From positions 1 through 51,433 of the forward strand of contig MQRK01235633.1 of NCBI GenBank assembly GCA_001938485.1: 51,433 nt of DNA. The letters are read 5' to 3'. The DNA is from Girardia tigrina (taxonomy: Eukaryota). Below are positions 11,359 through 24,377 of this stretch, piece by piece. How positions within the stretch are numbered: position 1 is the stretch's first letter; each line of letters opens with the position of its first letter. Below the pieces are notes generated by a model, which saw only the letters and a program-made list of their open reading frames with translations, was not told where the DNA came from and made no database searches. The translations under genes and the position numbers were made by a program.

Positions 11359-12109
11359 GGAAAGCATAATCTTCTTTTGGTGAATTTCTGCTTTTGGGAT
11401 CGTTTTGTCAGGCTCACCACGTTTTGTCCATGATCATCGGCGTTCCACATTGTTGTAAACAATCCATTTTTCGTCACCCGTAATCAAGCGCTTCAAAAAT
11501 GGATCACTTTGTTCTCGCTTCAAAAGGGAATCGCAAATGTCTATACATTTCACCAAATGAATTTCTTTCAGTTAATGTGGTAACCACATATCGAGTTACT
11601 GACGAATCCAAGTTTTTTTAAATGACTTTCAACACTTGATTTTGATATTTCCAGAGTCTCTGCAACTTCTCATGTCGTCATATGTGGATTAGATTTGATT
11701 AGTGCTGTTATTTTTTCGCCATCAACTTCAACTGGTCGACCGGAGCGTGGTGCATCTTTCAGATGAAATTTTTCAGAACGAAATTTTGAAAACCAGTATT
11801 GATACAGTCGAAGTTTTAAGGAGTCACTACCATATACAAAACATATCTTCTTATGAGTTTGCACAGCGGTTTTTCCTTTGCAAAAATAATGCAACAAAGC
11901 ATGATGAATATGCTCATTTTGATTTTCCATTTCGAATTGACGGTTAAGTAATAAATTAAAACAAAATCAATTAATATTTTGTATAAACATAGTCTGAAAA
12001 TTAAGGTTTCAGAATATATCATTGAATTTAAATTTTATCACATCGTTTTATATTTTCAAGCTTTTATTAGGACGTTCTCAAAAACGCAATGACTTTTTGG
12101 CCAACCCAA
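11359..12109 (-). mobile_element. 3'-truncated inverted copy of the 3066-4802 mariner
   Basis: Identical 86-aa N-terminal ORF with the same premature stop; TIR at 12080-12109 abutting (TA)n. Confidence 0.95.
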
Positions 12110-12119
12110 TATATATATA

Positions 12120-12445
12120 TATATCCATGGAACTTAGAAACCTATTTTTGCAGGCCTTCTACTCAATCGATTTTCTTCAAACTTTGCACACTTACATGAC
12201 AATAAATGATTATGTGAAAATTTGATCAAAAAAACTTTTTAAGGTCCAAAATGGGAAAAAACGGAAAATTCGGAGTTAAGGAACAATATTAATTGAAAAA
12301 GATCTACTTATAAATTATAAGTAGTTTATATTAATTTTTTATTGTTTTTTTTAATTAAATTTTTTTAAATTTTAAAAACTTTGTTGGTAAAGTAGAGTTC
12401 TGTCTGCATAAAGAATGGATATAAAATTTTTAATTTTTTGATTTA
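12120..12445 (+). mobile_element. Helitron-related interspersed repeat (copy 2)
   Basis: Begins after a (TA)n run; inverted match to 2290-2585. Confidence 0.7.
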
Positions 12446-12502
12446 CAAGTATATTATAAAAGTATATTGTATATTATATGCAAATCTCTCCCTTGTTGTT
12501 TA

Positions 12503-12923
12503 CAGTAATCAGGTGAATGTTTTCCGGATGGAGAAAATAATAGTTGATTTTCATACCACGTGAGATAATTGACTGATTCGCTATACCCAGTCTCTGTTAC
12601 GACTATAAGAAGCACCGCTAACAACTAAAAGAATTACCTTTAATGTGATACTAGAGTTGACCGTACTCTTAAATTATCATTTTTTCTTCAAAGACTTAGG
12701 TGACGTTTCTTTTTAGGTAAATAAATGCAAAGTTGCTTTTGTTAGCAATCGTAAATTATTTACTCATACTGGCGGACTATGATTGAGAAATTAGATATGT
12801 GGCTAATGTGACTAAAAAACTCTTAGAAATTATTATTGATGAATAGTTAATTCCTTTAGTAATCTGGTGAATGTTTTCCGGATGGAGAAAATAATAGTTA
12901 ATTTTCATACCACGTGAGATAAT
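12503..12923. repeat. ~68-bp direct repeat pair (12503-12570 and 12857-12923)
   Basis: agtaatc(a/t)ggtgaatgttttccggatggagaaaataatagtt(g/a)attttcataccacgtgagataatt occurs twice. Confidence 0.85.
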
Positions 12924-15661
12924 TTATCTTGGAAACTTTCCATTAGTCTGATGAAAAAGTAGATAAGAATAAATCATAGGAAACAGATTTTAGAGCTATA
13001 CAGTAACACCACTAGACGTTTAAGGTCAGGAGATTTTCCTAACATTATCAGCTCTAAAATTTCAAAATCTAAGCTATTTTTTCTTTTTAGTCATTACAAA
13101 TGCTTTCCTAAACTCTTCTCCAAATATCTGGTAACTTAGTTTGTTTTGCTATTTATCTAGTTTGTGCCTGTCACATAATAAATCCAAAATTTTTTTACAT
13201 TCATAATTAAATTAATTTTTACGGCGTGATATGAGCTACCACTTCTTAGTACAATATGATCAATACCGTTGTCTTTGGGAAAGAAACAGTGACACTGTTC
13301 TTCCTTAACAATTCGTCTAAATCATGAAACGTTTATCTATGTAACACACTGTGTTCCATCAAAACCAAACTCATTTTTTATACTGACATAGCTCCTTCAC
13401 ATGATTCTTTGATGCTGAAGTTCTTCTTCTTCAATTATTGCCTGCATAAAATTGAAAATTAATGACATAAAACTATGGAAAATGTAACGTTTCTTTATTT
13501 AATGACGTGAAACATTGGTTAGTTAATGAAAATATTATGTTTAAATATTTGCCTTGGAAGAAGTTTTCAGTGCTTGGAAGTCAAGATATCATGTAATTAG
13601 ACTCTTCCCAAAATCAAAAAAACCTAATCTTCTTTGTACTCACTAACAAAATCAATAATTTTAATTAATTATTTTTTTATTCAATCAATTTTTTATCCGT
13701 AACGCTTTTACCTATAGTGTTACCCCGAAAAGTTTGCTCGCGCAAACTAACCAATTAAAAAAATCAATTTCCTAAAAGTTTTATAAAATTAATTGAATAA
13801 TTTGCACACCGTTTAGCTATCAAGGGCATATTTTTAGATTCAAAACAAATAAAATAAAAAGATTTGTAAAAACTTTTCAATATACAAACAATTTCTGATA
13901 TCCATTTTTTATTCTTATTAAAAAATATATACTAGGTAATAAAAAACTATTGAGTACAAAAATTTATTTAAATTTCTAGAAAAAATGATACTCAATGTTG
14001 ATAAATATTTGAAGATTAAAAACAAAAATTCTCAATGTTTTTATAAGCAAAATATTTGTTGTGAGATATTACAAAATTTAATTAAAATTAATTAAATAAA
14101 ATATTACAAAATCAACATATTTTGAAAATTTCTAAATTTGTATTACACAACTATTGCGGGATCGAGAATAGAGTTAATCTTTGACTCTCCTTTTATTTGG
14201 TATATAAAAGACGTATGTGTATATGTATGTTAGTTTATTAAAAATATTTTAGTGTTGAATCTTTTCTTTAACATGGCGCCCTACGCAAATTGTCTCAATC
14301 ACATGATTGCAGAAGCGTTAAAGACAACAAAACATCAAAAAATTTATTACGGACTGTAATAGATGCTTCGAAATTTCCAACATTGATGGAGAAGTCCAAA
14401 ATTTAATCGTCAGAGCTGTTGGCCAAGGATTTAATTTGAATTTATGAAGCTGTGGATCCAAAGATCACCAAATTCGATGAACAGTTGAAAGAGGCTTTTC
14501 AGAAACCATCTTCATTAATTCAGGACTTCATGAATTTATACAATTATGAAGAGGAAGTTCTCCAGTGGCACTGTTTTTACCGAAGATCGATACAATGGTG
14601 GACAAACTGTTGTCTCACAAATGGAATAAAGAGAAATTAACGACATATTTCATTGTTTATTGTATAAAAAATGTTGAAACAAAGAAAAAGTTAAAAATTC
14701 GCGATGCGACGAAAATTGAAGATATCAAAGTATTGTCAAGAAAATGGAATATGTTCCAGAAGACAACGAAGAAGCAGTAATCAGTCGAAAAGAAACTTTT
14801 GTTCAGATGGTGAAAAATAAAAGAAACTTTCAGAAAATACCGGCAAATAACTTCTCAAGAAACACTTCAAATCAGAGAAAATATTATCCCAATTCAAAGA
14901 TGTGGAATCAGTAAGAAGAAATCAAATGATTCAACTGCAAAAAAGAAGGACATTCCTACAGAAACTGCAACTAAATTCGGTAAATCCAATGCTATGCGTA
15001 CAAAGAAGAGGGTCATATCAGAATGAAGTGCACAACATATGCTGTTAATCGTGCACGAAGCAATGACATTTCAGTTACCAGTGCATTTCGATACAACAAG
15101 GTCAAAGTGGTAATTTTCTATATAACAATTTCAGGCAAAGAAGAAAGGAAAATGTGGCTCCAATCAATTTAGAAATGAGATGAGTTTTAGAAGTTAGTGG
15201 TACAATCATAGATGTCCGATAATGTTTTTGGCAAGTAATTAATAGTAGTAAGAAGATCAGAACTGATTGAATTCCATAATAATACCAATTATGGCGTATA
15301 GAATGTCCAGGGTTTTCGGATATCGCATGTGGTGTGTGGCACACAAATAATGCAGGTGCGATGAGAATTTACAGTCATCGAGTAGTGACAATAGTAAAAT
15401 CTGACACTTTTTGACTAATTTCTTTGTTCAGTCACTTCGCGTCAGCTGATTATGATTCAACGATGGCCATTTAGAAAATCGTAAGTTTTTATTTTGTTGT
15501 TTTAGATTTTTACAGGTGTTTTACGATCAACAGGAAGGGGTTACAGGATTATCGGACTCGGATATGGAATCCTTGCGGCGTACCCTTTCTCTGAAGATGT
15601 CGGATGGTGAAGTAATTCGAAGGAAATAGGCCTGGAAGGGACATCAGGAAAAAATTAGTTA

Positions 15662-15860
15662 TTAATTATCGATATTTTTTAACTTATTTGATGCAATCAA
15701 TGTTTTTAAATTATTTTTTCGATAGGAAACGGTGACAGAAGGGTACGACAGAACGTTCGAGGGCACCATCTTCGAAGGAGTTTTTATATATTTTTGTCTT
15801 TTAATTAATATTGTACGATAAAACTCAATCTTTTGGTTTGTTATTACTTTCATTATTGGT
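15662..15860 (-). mobile_element. Penelope-like fragment (RT to GIY-YIG linker)
   Basis: PSVTVSYRKNNLKTLIASNKL resembles the PLE linker motif P..YRR..NL..L. Confidence 0.4.
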
Positions 15861-16149
15861 ATTATGTTTTAGGAGTATTTTCGATGAATACAAATTTCTG
15901 CAAGGGTCACAAGACATAAGGATGAAGTGAGGATATTTGTAAGGCTAAATTAGGGTACGTCAGAATTTGTGAGGTACGAACGCAACAATTCTTTAATCCA
16001 ATTAGTTATTTCTATATAGGAAGAAATTTTTATATTTTCAGCTTTTATCTTCATTTTTGGATTATTTATTGCTTGGCCATTTTAATATTTAAAATTATGG
16101 TTATAATAAACTTGAAGACTTGAATATCTAAAGATTGCAAAATACCAGT

Positions 16150-16745
16150 CCTTAAGGATAGAATCAACCGTAAAAAGTATTATAACTTTCTTCATAAAAT
16201 TGTGCATATTGATTTACAAATTTCTCATATACTACATCAAAAAATATTAATGTTGGTTGACGTAAAAGACTTGCTTGAGTTTTTTTAATAGGCATTCATT
16301 AAAAATCTCTTAATATCGATTCATTCCACATACCAGTTTTATTTACGTCAACTTTGAAACCTGAGGAAACATTGGGTTTTTTCTTAATTTAGAAAATAAT
16401 AAATGTTGGAAAAGAATCTGTCATTTAGCATTTATAGATGGAGGATACGTAAACTTTTCCATGATTTGTAGAAGCTTTTCTAAAAAGAATATATTTTGTT
16501 CTTCTTATTGCAATTTTTGTTGTTGGCTCGTGTTGAAAATACCTTTGTACATGATCGAAATTAAAAATATTTTCAGGTAAAATATTTTGCTTTTTAATAA
16601 TTGATTGACATTCTCCAATAAAACTGGTGGAAATCTCTACAATTTTTTCTGGCAATTCTTTTTTTATTGTTTACATACGTTTATCACATTGTATCGATTT
16701 TTTAAACAAAAAAACCAATTTGGGGAGGCTTTAAAATTGTTGAGG
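16150..16745 (-). mobile_element. Decayed pogo/Tigger-type (CENP-B HTH + DDE_1) transposase
   Basis: FKASPNWF..LKNR, PENIFNFD, PTFIIF, NKTGMWNE motifs. Confidence 0.7.
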
Positions 16746-16924
16746 TAATATTTCAAAATTTTATGTATTTGTTTAAATTAATAAATATTAGTAAATAGTT
16801 ATATTTTTTCATAAATGTAATATTTGTGTTAAGGAAAGATAAAATTATATTTCCTATATAAATAAGTTGAATAAAGGATAAGAAGGAAATAAATAAAAGA
16901 AAAGGGAGGTTGTTCGGTTTCGTT

Positions 16925-17027
16925 AAATTTAGAAATTAAAGTTAAAAGAAAATTTAAAGTTATTTCAAATTAAAGTTAAAAGAAAATTTAAAGTTAATTT
17001 TAAATTAAAGTTAAAAGAAAATTTAAA
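16925..17027. repeat. AT-rich ~34-bp tandem repeat running into an assembly gap
   Basis: aaattaaagttaaaagaaaatttaaagtt repeated three times. Confidence 0.8.
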
Positions 17028-20000
17028 NNNNNNNNNNNNNNNNNNNNNNNNNNNNNNNNNNNNNNNNNNNNNNNNNNNNNNNNNNNNNNNNNNNNNNNNN
17101 NNNNNNNNNNNNNNNNNNNNNNNNNNNNNNNNNNNNNNNNNNNNNNNNNNNNNNNNNNNNNNNNNNNNNNNNNNNNNNNNNNNNNNNNNNNNNNNNNNNN
17201 NNNNNNNNNNNNNNNNNNNNNNNNNNNNNNNNNNNNNNNNNNNNNNNNNNNNNNNNNNNNNNNNNNNNNNNNNNNNNNNNNNNNNNNNNNNNNNNNNNNN
17301 NNNNNNNNNNNNNNNNNNNNNNNNNNNNNNNNNNNNNNNNNNNNNNNNNNNNNNNNNNNNNNNNNNNNNNNNNNNNNNNNNNNNNNNNNNNNNNNNNNNN
17401 NNNNNNNNNNNNNNNNNNNNNNNNNNNNNNNNNNNNNNNNNNNNNNNNNNNNNNNNNNNNNNNNNNNNNNNNNNNNNNNNNNNNNNNNNNNNNNNNNNNN
17501 NNNNNNNNNNNNNNNNNNNNNNNNNNNNNNNNNNNNNNNNNNNNNNNNNNNNNNNNNNNNNNNNNNNNNNNNNNNNNNNNNNNNNNNNNNNNNNNNNNNN
17601 NNNNNNNNNNNNNNNNNNNNNNNNNNNNNNNNNNNNNNNNNNNNNNNNNNNNNNNNNNNNNNNNNNNNNNNNNNNNNNNNNNNNNNNNNNNNNNNNNNNN
17701 NNNNNNNNNNNNNNNNNNNNNNNNNNNNNNNNNNNNNNNNNNNNNNNNNNNNNNNNNNNNNNNNNNNNNNNNNNNNNNNNNNNNNNNNNNNNNNNNNNNN
17801 NNNNNNNNNNNNNNNNNNNNNNNNNNNNNNNNNNNNNNNNNNNNNNNNNNNNNNNNNNNNNNNNNNNNNNNNNNNNNNNNNNNNNNNNNNNNNNNNNNNN
17901 NNNNNNNNNNNNNNNNNNNNNNNNNNNNATGATAGAAACATAAATAAAGATAATGAAATTAAAAATAATAAAATTGAGTACGTCATTAATAAAAACAAAA
18001 TCAATATAAATGGTAAAAATAAAAATAATAACAATAATAAAGTAAACTACAATAATCAAAAAATCGAACCCACTCCCCTCCCCTTGATACCCCGCGGGAG
18101 GACGGGATGTGTTAAACGCTTCCACTGCGCTGCTCCCCCAACAGAGGTTATTTATTTTTAAATTTTTAATAAATAAAAGAATATATTTTATATGTTGAGG
18201 ATTGTTTTATTAGCTTTTGTTTATTAACTTTATTTATTTGCTTCTGTTTATTAGCCTTATTTATTAATGTATTATTTTGGCTTTTATGTAAATAATTAGT
18301 TTTATTTTTATTGTATTATTTTTATATAAATAAAGAATTAATTTAATTATACGAGGATATTATTAAATTATTATTATAATTATCAAGTTAAATATTATCA
18401 ATATTTATAAGGTTAAATATTAAGAATTAAATATTATCAGTATTTATCTTTTAAAATGTTAAAGTATGAAGGGTAAGAACCAGCGAAGCCACGCATTTTC
18501 TTTTGTTATAAGGGTAGGAACCACACAGCCACGCACCCTTAAAATAAGTATATATATCAACAACATTTGAGATTCCTTTTATAAGCTTTTTAAAAAAAAT
18601 TTATTCAGCTATCTTGCCATTGGAGAAGACTTCGAGGAGAAGAAGATTGATTTTCACGAGAAGACGATTTGATTTTTTTTACGAGAAGAAGATGTGATTT
18701 TTTCACAAGAAGACGATTTAATTTTGTTTTACGATAAGGAGATCTGATTTTTTGGATAACAAGTTATTTCTCTCTCGGTGAGATTAAACACATTCATTTG
18801 TTATTATTATATTAACTTTCCATATCAAAATTTTATAAAATTTAAAATAATAATTTTTATTATAATAAAATATCTATTCTTATTTACATAAAATCACACC
18901 TTGTAGTCTGCAGTCGAGGAACTGTGACTACACTAAAATCACTCCATTACACACACAGGCTATTGTCTTATTATTTTATAAAATTTATACCTGTACTTAT
19001 TGAATATAATCAAATAAAATTTATAAAGAAAAGTGTTGTCATTTATTATTGATTTCGAAAATCTTAAAATTCAATAACTAAGTATCAAAATCAACAAGTT
19101 GTAGATCAACCTTTTGTTGGATTTCTACGGAGGTTAGAGACAAATAAACAACCCCCTCGAAACCTAACATATAAATAATTGATTAAGAATTCACACAGTT
19201 GATGATTCGGTGTGCTTGGACTGATGTGGAGCAGTCGAGTCTCGGGTTAAGCGTAGAATATAAAATAGGAATATAAAAGCCATGATTTATTTAGAGAAAG
19301 ATCAGAGTTACATTAATCTAACGAGAAGTGTGAACTGATTAATTTGAGTTGAAAAGAGCTCCGATTAATTTAACATTAAAGAGTTAAAAAGGACTCAGAT
19401 TCGAATTATTTATAAAGATATTTAATAAATAACGAACTAAATTATATATAATACCGCGCTGAAAAGTGTGGCTTTTATCAGGTAAAGCCACACTTTTCAT
19501 AAAACGAAAATCTCGAGTAGTCGCTAAGATTCTCGGCGATTAAAATATAAAATCGGCCAGGGGCCAAGATAATCTATATATATTTAATCTTTTAATTGTG
19601 TACATAAAAGAAAAATAAAACTTTTATAAAATTATTTGTTTTTAATTGATCGCTTTATAAAAATGCTAGATAATCTCTACAAAATCAAGTAATTCGTTTA
19701 TTAACTTGAATAGGTCTTCTTTCAATTAACCGTCATTACAATTATCATTACAATTAGGAATATGTAACTACCGTAATCCCACAACTTTTTCTGTCAACTA
19801 ATTTTATGCGTCTCTAAATCATTTTAGAATTGGACCATTAAGATGTCTGCATTGAAGTAATTCGCAATTACTTTTAGAAAAAGAAAACTATCCAGCCTTA
19901 AGATTTGTTTCTGTGTGGAGTACTGATTTCCATAAACCTTCTTGCATTTAATATTTTAAAAGTAGCTATCTATCATGATTCGCTTGAAATTATGTAAGTA

Positions 20001-20779
20001 GTTATTGTTCTAAAAGACTAGCTAGATTATATAACAAAATGTAGTTACTTTTTTAACACCAACAACGAACAAATTACAGAATTGAGATCTCTATTGTTTA
20101 AAATCCCAGAGATACCTATCTAGTTAACTACTGATTTTGCATGTTACAAAATCTTTCTGTTTTAGTGTAACTTCTTTTAAATAAATTTATTTTTTATTTC
20201 TCATCTTTCTATTGTGAAATTTTGTCATTGTAATACAGCAATAAAACTTTATCTGAGATCAAATTTATCTTGATCTGTCTAAAAACTCTCCATAAATCCT
20301 GAAAAGTAAATGATAAATTACGAAACTGAAATCTCTTTAGCCATGTCGAATCGGTCTTAAATAATAATTAAATAACTTCGTAAAATAATATTTTCAAAAT
20401 AAAATATGTCTGTCATTCACCGGTTTGTGTAAACACTATTGTCAAAATAAACAGGGCAGTCAATGCGAATTAAGGTTAACGATATAAAAACATGCTTTGG
20501 TCAGAATAATGCTGAAGTGTTTCAATCTAAATCATATATTTAACTAATTTTTTCGCATTTTCAATATCCCGCTAAATAATTTAAAAATTTTTTTTAAGTA
20601 CCATTTAGAACATTTTTAATATTAAGTGTAACTACATATATAAAGTGAGGCTAACTGGAACTAATAAATGACTGTATAATAAAGCCTAATTGTGTCACGA
20701 ATTTGTCAAAGCTAAACTTAAAAGACAAATCACCTCAAAATCTTGACTGAATTTATTAAACATTTACCTAACTTACTTG

Positions 20780-21000
20780 GCAGCTACTTCAAATTAAAAT
20801 CGACTTGTCCGAGGCAACCAAAAAGTATATTATCAGCGTGAGTTTCTTTGGTGTATGGGAAAATGTTTCATGGGTGAGTATTCGGAGGGGCAAGATCAAG
20901 GCAATATGGTAGATTTCGTAGCATTTTTAGTCAGATTTCCTATAGTTTTCCATTGTAAATAACTGTCGTGATTTGGTGGGCATTGTCATCAAGGAATTAT
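20780..21000 (-). mobile_element. Old mariner transposase remnant
   Basis: DDNAHQ and PYCLDLAPPNTH, degenerate forms of DNA.PH and YSPDLAPSDYH. Confidence 0.55.
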
Positions 21001-21937
21001 AGGCATTAAACAGCTGTGTAGCTATAAAGCTTTTTTTTGTATTACAATTTTTAGCTCTTCGAAAATTTAACAGATTATATCGGCACTGATTATCTTCTCA
21101 TGTGTAAAGATATTGGATAATATTACACCTTTTGTCACAAAAGACAACGAACGTATGTTTCTTCACTTTCTTTTGTATTAAAAAATCATTCGAATTAAAA
21201 TTTTCAATCATATCAAAAGCGAATATTACTTTCAAGAAGAATGTATTAATCGAAAATTCTAAATTATTAAAACAAATTTCTGTTTTCATTTTTTTTTAAA
21301 TTATTTTTTTTTAATTTTGGAGGAAATATTTATTTAGATTCTCAAACCCATATCATAAAAATATTTTTATATACACACGAACAACTTGTTAAATTTTATG
21401 TAACTTTGTTTTTTTTTAATTTCCATGAGACTCTTACGTTATTATTTAATTTTTAGAAGATTAATTTTATCCATCGAAAATTTTTATTTCACTTTAAATC
21501 AGAAACAATATGTATTTTCCGTGCTTCATTATTGATTTAGTCACTAAAACCTCTCCAAAATTTCGGAGTAGTTCTTGCATGGTTCTACCAGCGTACTAAA
21601 AGCTAGTCATATAGTCAGCAAATTTTTAAAATCCTTAATGCAAAGAACTTCACTAATTTTTAAATTGAGAGTAATTTTCACTACTATCAAAGTATGAAGT
21701 TTCTTTTGAGTGTGCAAGTAAACCTAGGGTGAAACCTTATACTTTGTAGAGATAAATCTTCCTTTGCGAACTAGAATCGATGGATTCACTCAATTGACTA
21801 TAAATATATTCGCTCTTATGCACCATCCATTAATGCACTGCACGCGAAAAGTTTATTTTCAAAACACTGTTTAATTGATAATATTTAAACAAAATATTTA
21901 TCAAAAAAGTAAATGTCATTTTTCAATATTTATTTTC

Positions 21938-21976
21938 GTAATTAATTTCGGCGGATTACCCGCCATCTACAGACTA
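21938..21976 (-). ncRNA. Minimal hammerhead ribozyme motif with mutated core (CUGUAGA)
   Basis: ctgtaga t ggcgg gtaat ccgcc gaaa ttaa tt. Confidence 0.55.
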
Positions 21977-23191
21977 AATTAACACTGGCTTTTTACAGCT
22001 TATATAAGAGAAAGGTGATTATGCAATCAATCATGTAATAGAGGCTCTATTTGAAAATGTTTAACAGAGAAGTTGAATGTGAAGCTTGGATATTAATTTT
22101 TGGATCCATGGATCTTATTAATAAGGCCTCACACGTTACTCTCTCCCAGTAATTTTCAAATCGATTACACAGAATTTTAAAATCATTTTTGCTCCCATTA
22201 TCCAACCGACTATGCTCTTTGATCCGTTTGCAGAGATGACGAGATGTCTCTCCAATGTATGTGGCGTTACACCCATTACATGTATATTTATAAACAAGAT
22301 CGGAGCACAAACCGAGAGAAGTGGGAGATTTATTACTGAACATATCACGAATTTTATATGATTGGGAAATAATTTTTAGATTCATGGTATTTGGGATCAA
22401 ACTTTTCAAAATTGATGATTTTCAAAATTGATGTTTAAAACCCTCTGAATAAGGAATCGATAAGATATACCTTGATTCAAGTGGGTTATAATTTGTATTA
22501 GGGGAAATGGTTTGATGAATCGTATTATTTTCCATTTTATTAATATAATCTTTTTCATTTAAAATACCTTTATCGTACCTTTATCGTATTTACAGATATT
22601 AATATTCTTTTTTGAAAGATTTTTTAAAATTAAAAAATCTTTATTACTTTGTTTTGCATTTTTATTAATATAGTTAATATTATTTTTATAAAGTACATTT
22701 TTAAAATTTTCAAAATCCATGCTTTTATTTAAATGCGGGTAATTTAAGTTATAAAACTTGAACATACATTCAATTTTTGATTGGAATTTATGTTTATTAA
22801 ATTTTTTACGAATACTATGTTTAGGACCAAATTTTAATAAATTCATTTCCTCTTCATTTAAAGTTTCATCACTTAAGTTTAAAACTGTATTTTGGATATC
22901 AAATTGAAAAACACCAAATAATTTGCGTAAATTTATAAGTTATTTATTCTATTTAAAATGTAAAAAGAAAATCGGAGAAAATGATTTTAAAATTCTGTGT
23001 AATCGATTTAAAAATTACTGGGAGAGAGTAGCGTGTGAGGCCTTATTAATAAGATCCATGTTTCCAAAAATTAATATCCAAGCTTCACACTCAACTTCTC
23101 TGTTAAACATTTTCAAATAGAGCCTTTATTACATGATTGATTGCATAATCACCTTTCTCATATATAAGCTGCAAAAAGCCAGTGTTAATTA

Positions 23192-23230
23192 AGTCTGAAG
23201 ATGGCGGGTAATCCGCCGAAATTAATTACG
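23192..23230 (+). ncRNA. Minimal type I hammerhead ribozyme motif in Penelope pseudo-LTR
   Basis: CUGAAGA-U-GGCGG/CCGCC-GAAA-UUAA-UU; palindromic stem III; weak stem I. Confidence 0.7.
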
Positions 23231-23341
23231 AAAATAAATTGTGAAAAATGGAGTTCACTTTTTAATAATGAATATCAATTTCCATTATTTTTTAAATTCC
23301 TTAAAAAAGTAAATATTAAATATTTCAAATAATTAAAATAT

Positions 23342-24365
23342 CTAATATCCAACACTCCCACCAGATTCGTCCGCAGAAGAATCTGAATCCACAATGTAAT
23401 CATTTAGATAAGGCGGTCTTCGTCTTTCTCTACTAGGCCTACAGTTCAATGATTGTTCCTCTTGTGTTTGATTGTCTGGTAGTGATGTAGTTTCCTCCAT
23501 ATTCATATAGTATGACTTGGAATTTTCAAACAAGTCAGGCTGTATAGGTCGAATGTCTGCGATATGTCTTGGACCACAAAATCCGTTGCAATTTACTAGA
23601 TATTTCCTTTGATCTATTCTTTTCACGACAACACCCTTGGTCCATTGCTGTGTACATGGTGTACTGTTTTCCGGTTTTACCCACACTAATTGATACTCAA
23701 CATAATCTGGATTTCCATAGAACGGCTACTTTTCACTTCTTCCAATTATATCTAACCCTATAGGCAAATAGCTATATAGCGCCGAGCTTGGTGTTTCTTT
23801 TCCTCCAGATGGCGTGTTATTATACCACCATAAGGCTTCCAAAATGCTGATATTTGATCTGGACGCAATTCTTTTGATTGTTCTATGATTCCTTTCTATT
23901 ATTCCGTTGCAGTTGGGTCGATTGATGACACGATACATGACTCGAACGTTCCATTTTTCCATTAGTTTGTTGAATTCTACCGAATGAAATGTGGTATAAT
24001 TATCGATAATTAGTTCCTTGGGAGACCCGCGTTCACAGCACAAACTTGAGAATTCTGAGACAATTGACTTGATGTCTTCAGCCTTAATTAATTTCCATAT
24101 TGCAAAGAGAGAAGGACCACAATCGATTACGCTTAAAAATTTTTGTTGATTGTACTTTGTAACATCCGCAGCAAGTCTTGTCCAGTTTTCGTTGACGCTC
24201 AGCCTACCGGTTTTCCATTTTACGGGTGCCGGATCGATGGATTGACATTTTTGACATCTTGAAATCAGATCCTTGATATCCGCGTTTGACACACCTATTC
24301 CTTGCTTCGAACATAGATATCGCCTTCTGTTTGCGCCTAAATGACACTTATCACGAAGTTGCTGC
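23342..24365 (-). pseudogene. Retroviral-type integrase (HHCC zinc finger + DDE + C-terminal domain)
   Basis: HDKCH...CQKC; AADV, IIDN, NGIIER; C-terminal ORF stops inside the 3' LTR; break near 23700-23726. Confidence 0.9.
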
Positions 24366-24377
24366 AGTTTGAGTAGA

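Larger units (their letters stand above)
21915..23302. mobile_element. Penelope-like element, RT deleted, with inverted pseudo-LTRs and 12-bp TSD
   Basis: GIY-YIG ORF 22409-22047 (LVYKYTCNGC..YIGETSRHL..RIKEH..EALLI..PKIN); PLE N-terminus 22846-22559 (LLKFGPKH..ICKYDKG); inverted 3' copy 22980-23250; aaaaaagtaaat at 21903-21914 and 23303-23314. Confidence 0.9.

Noticed and set aside
15591-15615. CTGAAGA..GAAG hammerhead-like string
   Set aside because: Lacks GAAA and stem III
16965-18125. Long hydrophobic ORFs
   Set aside because: N gap plus T-rich low-complexity sequence
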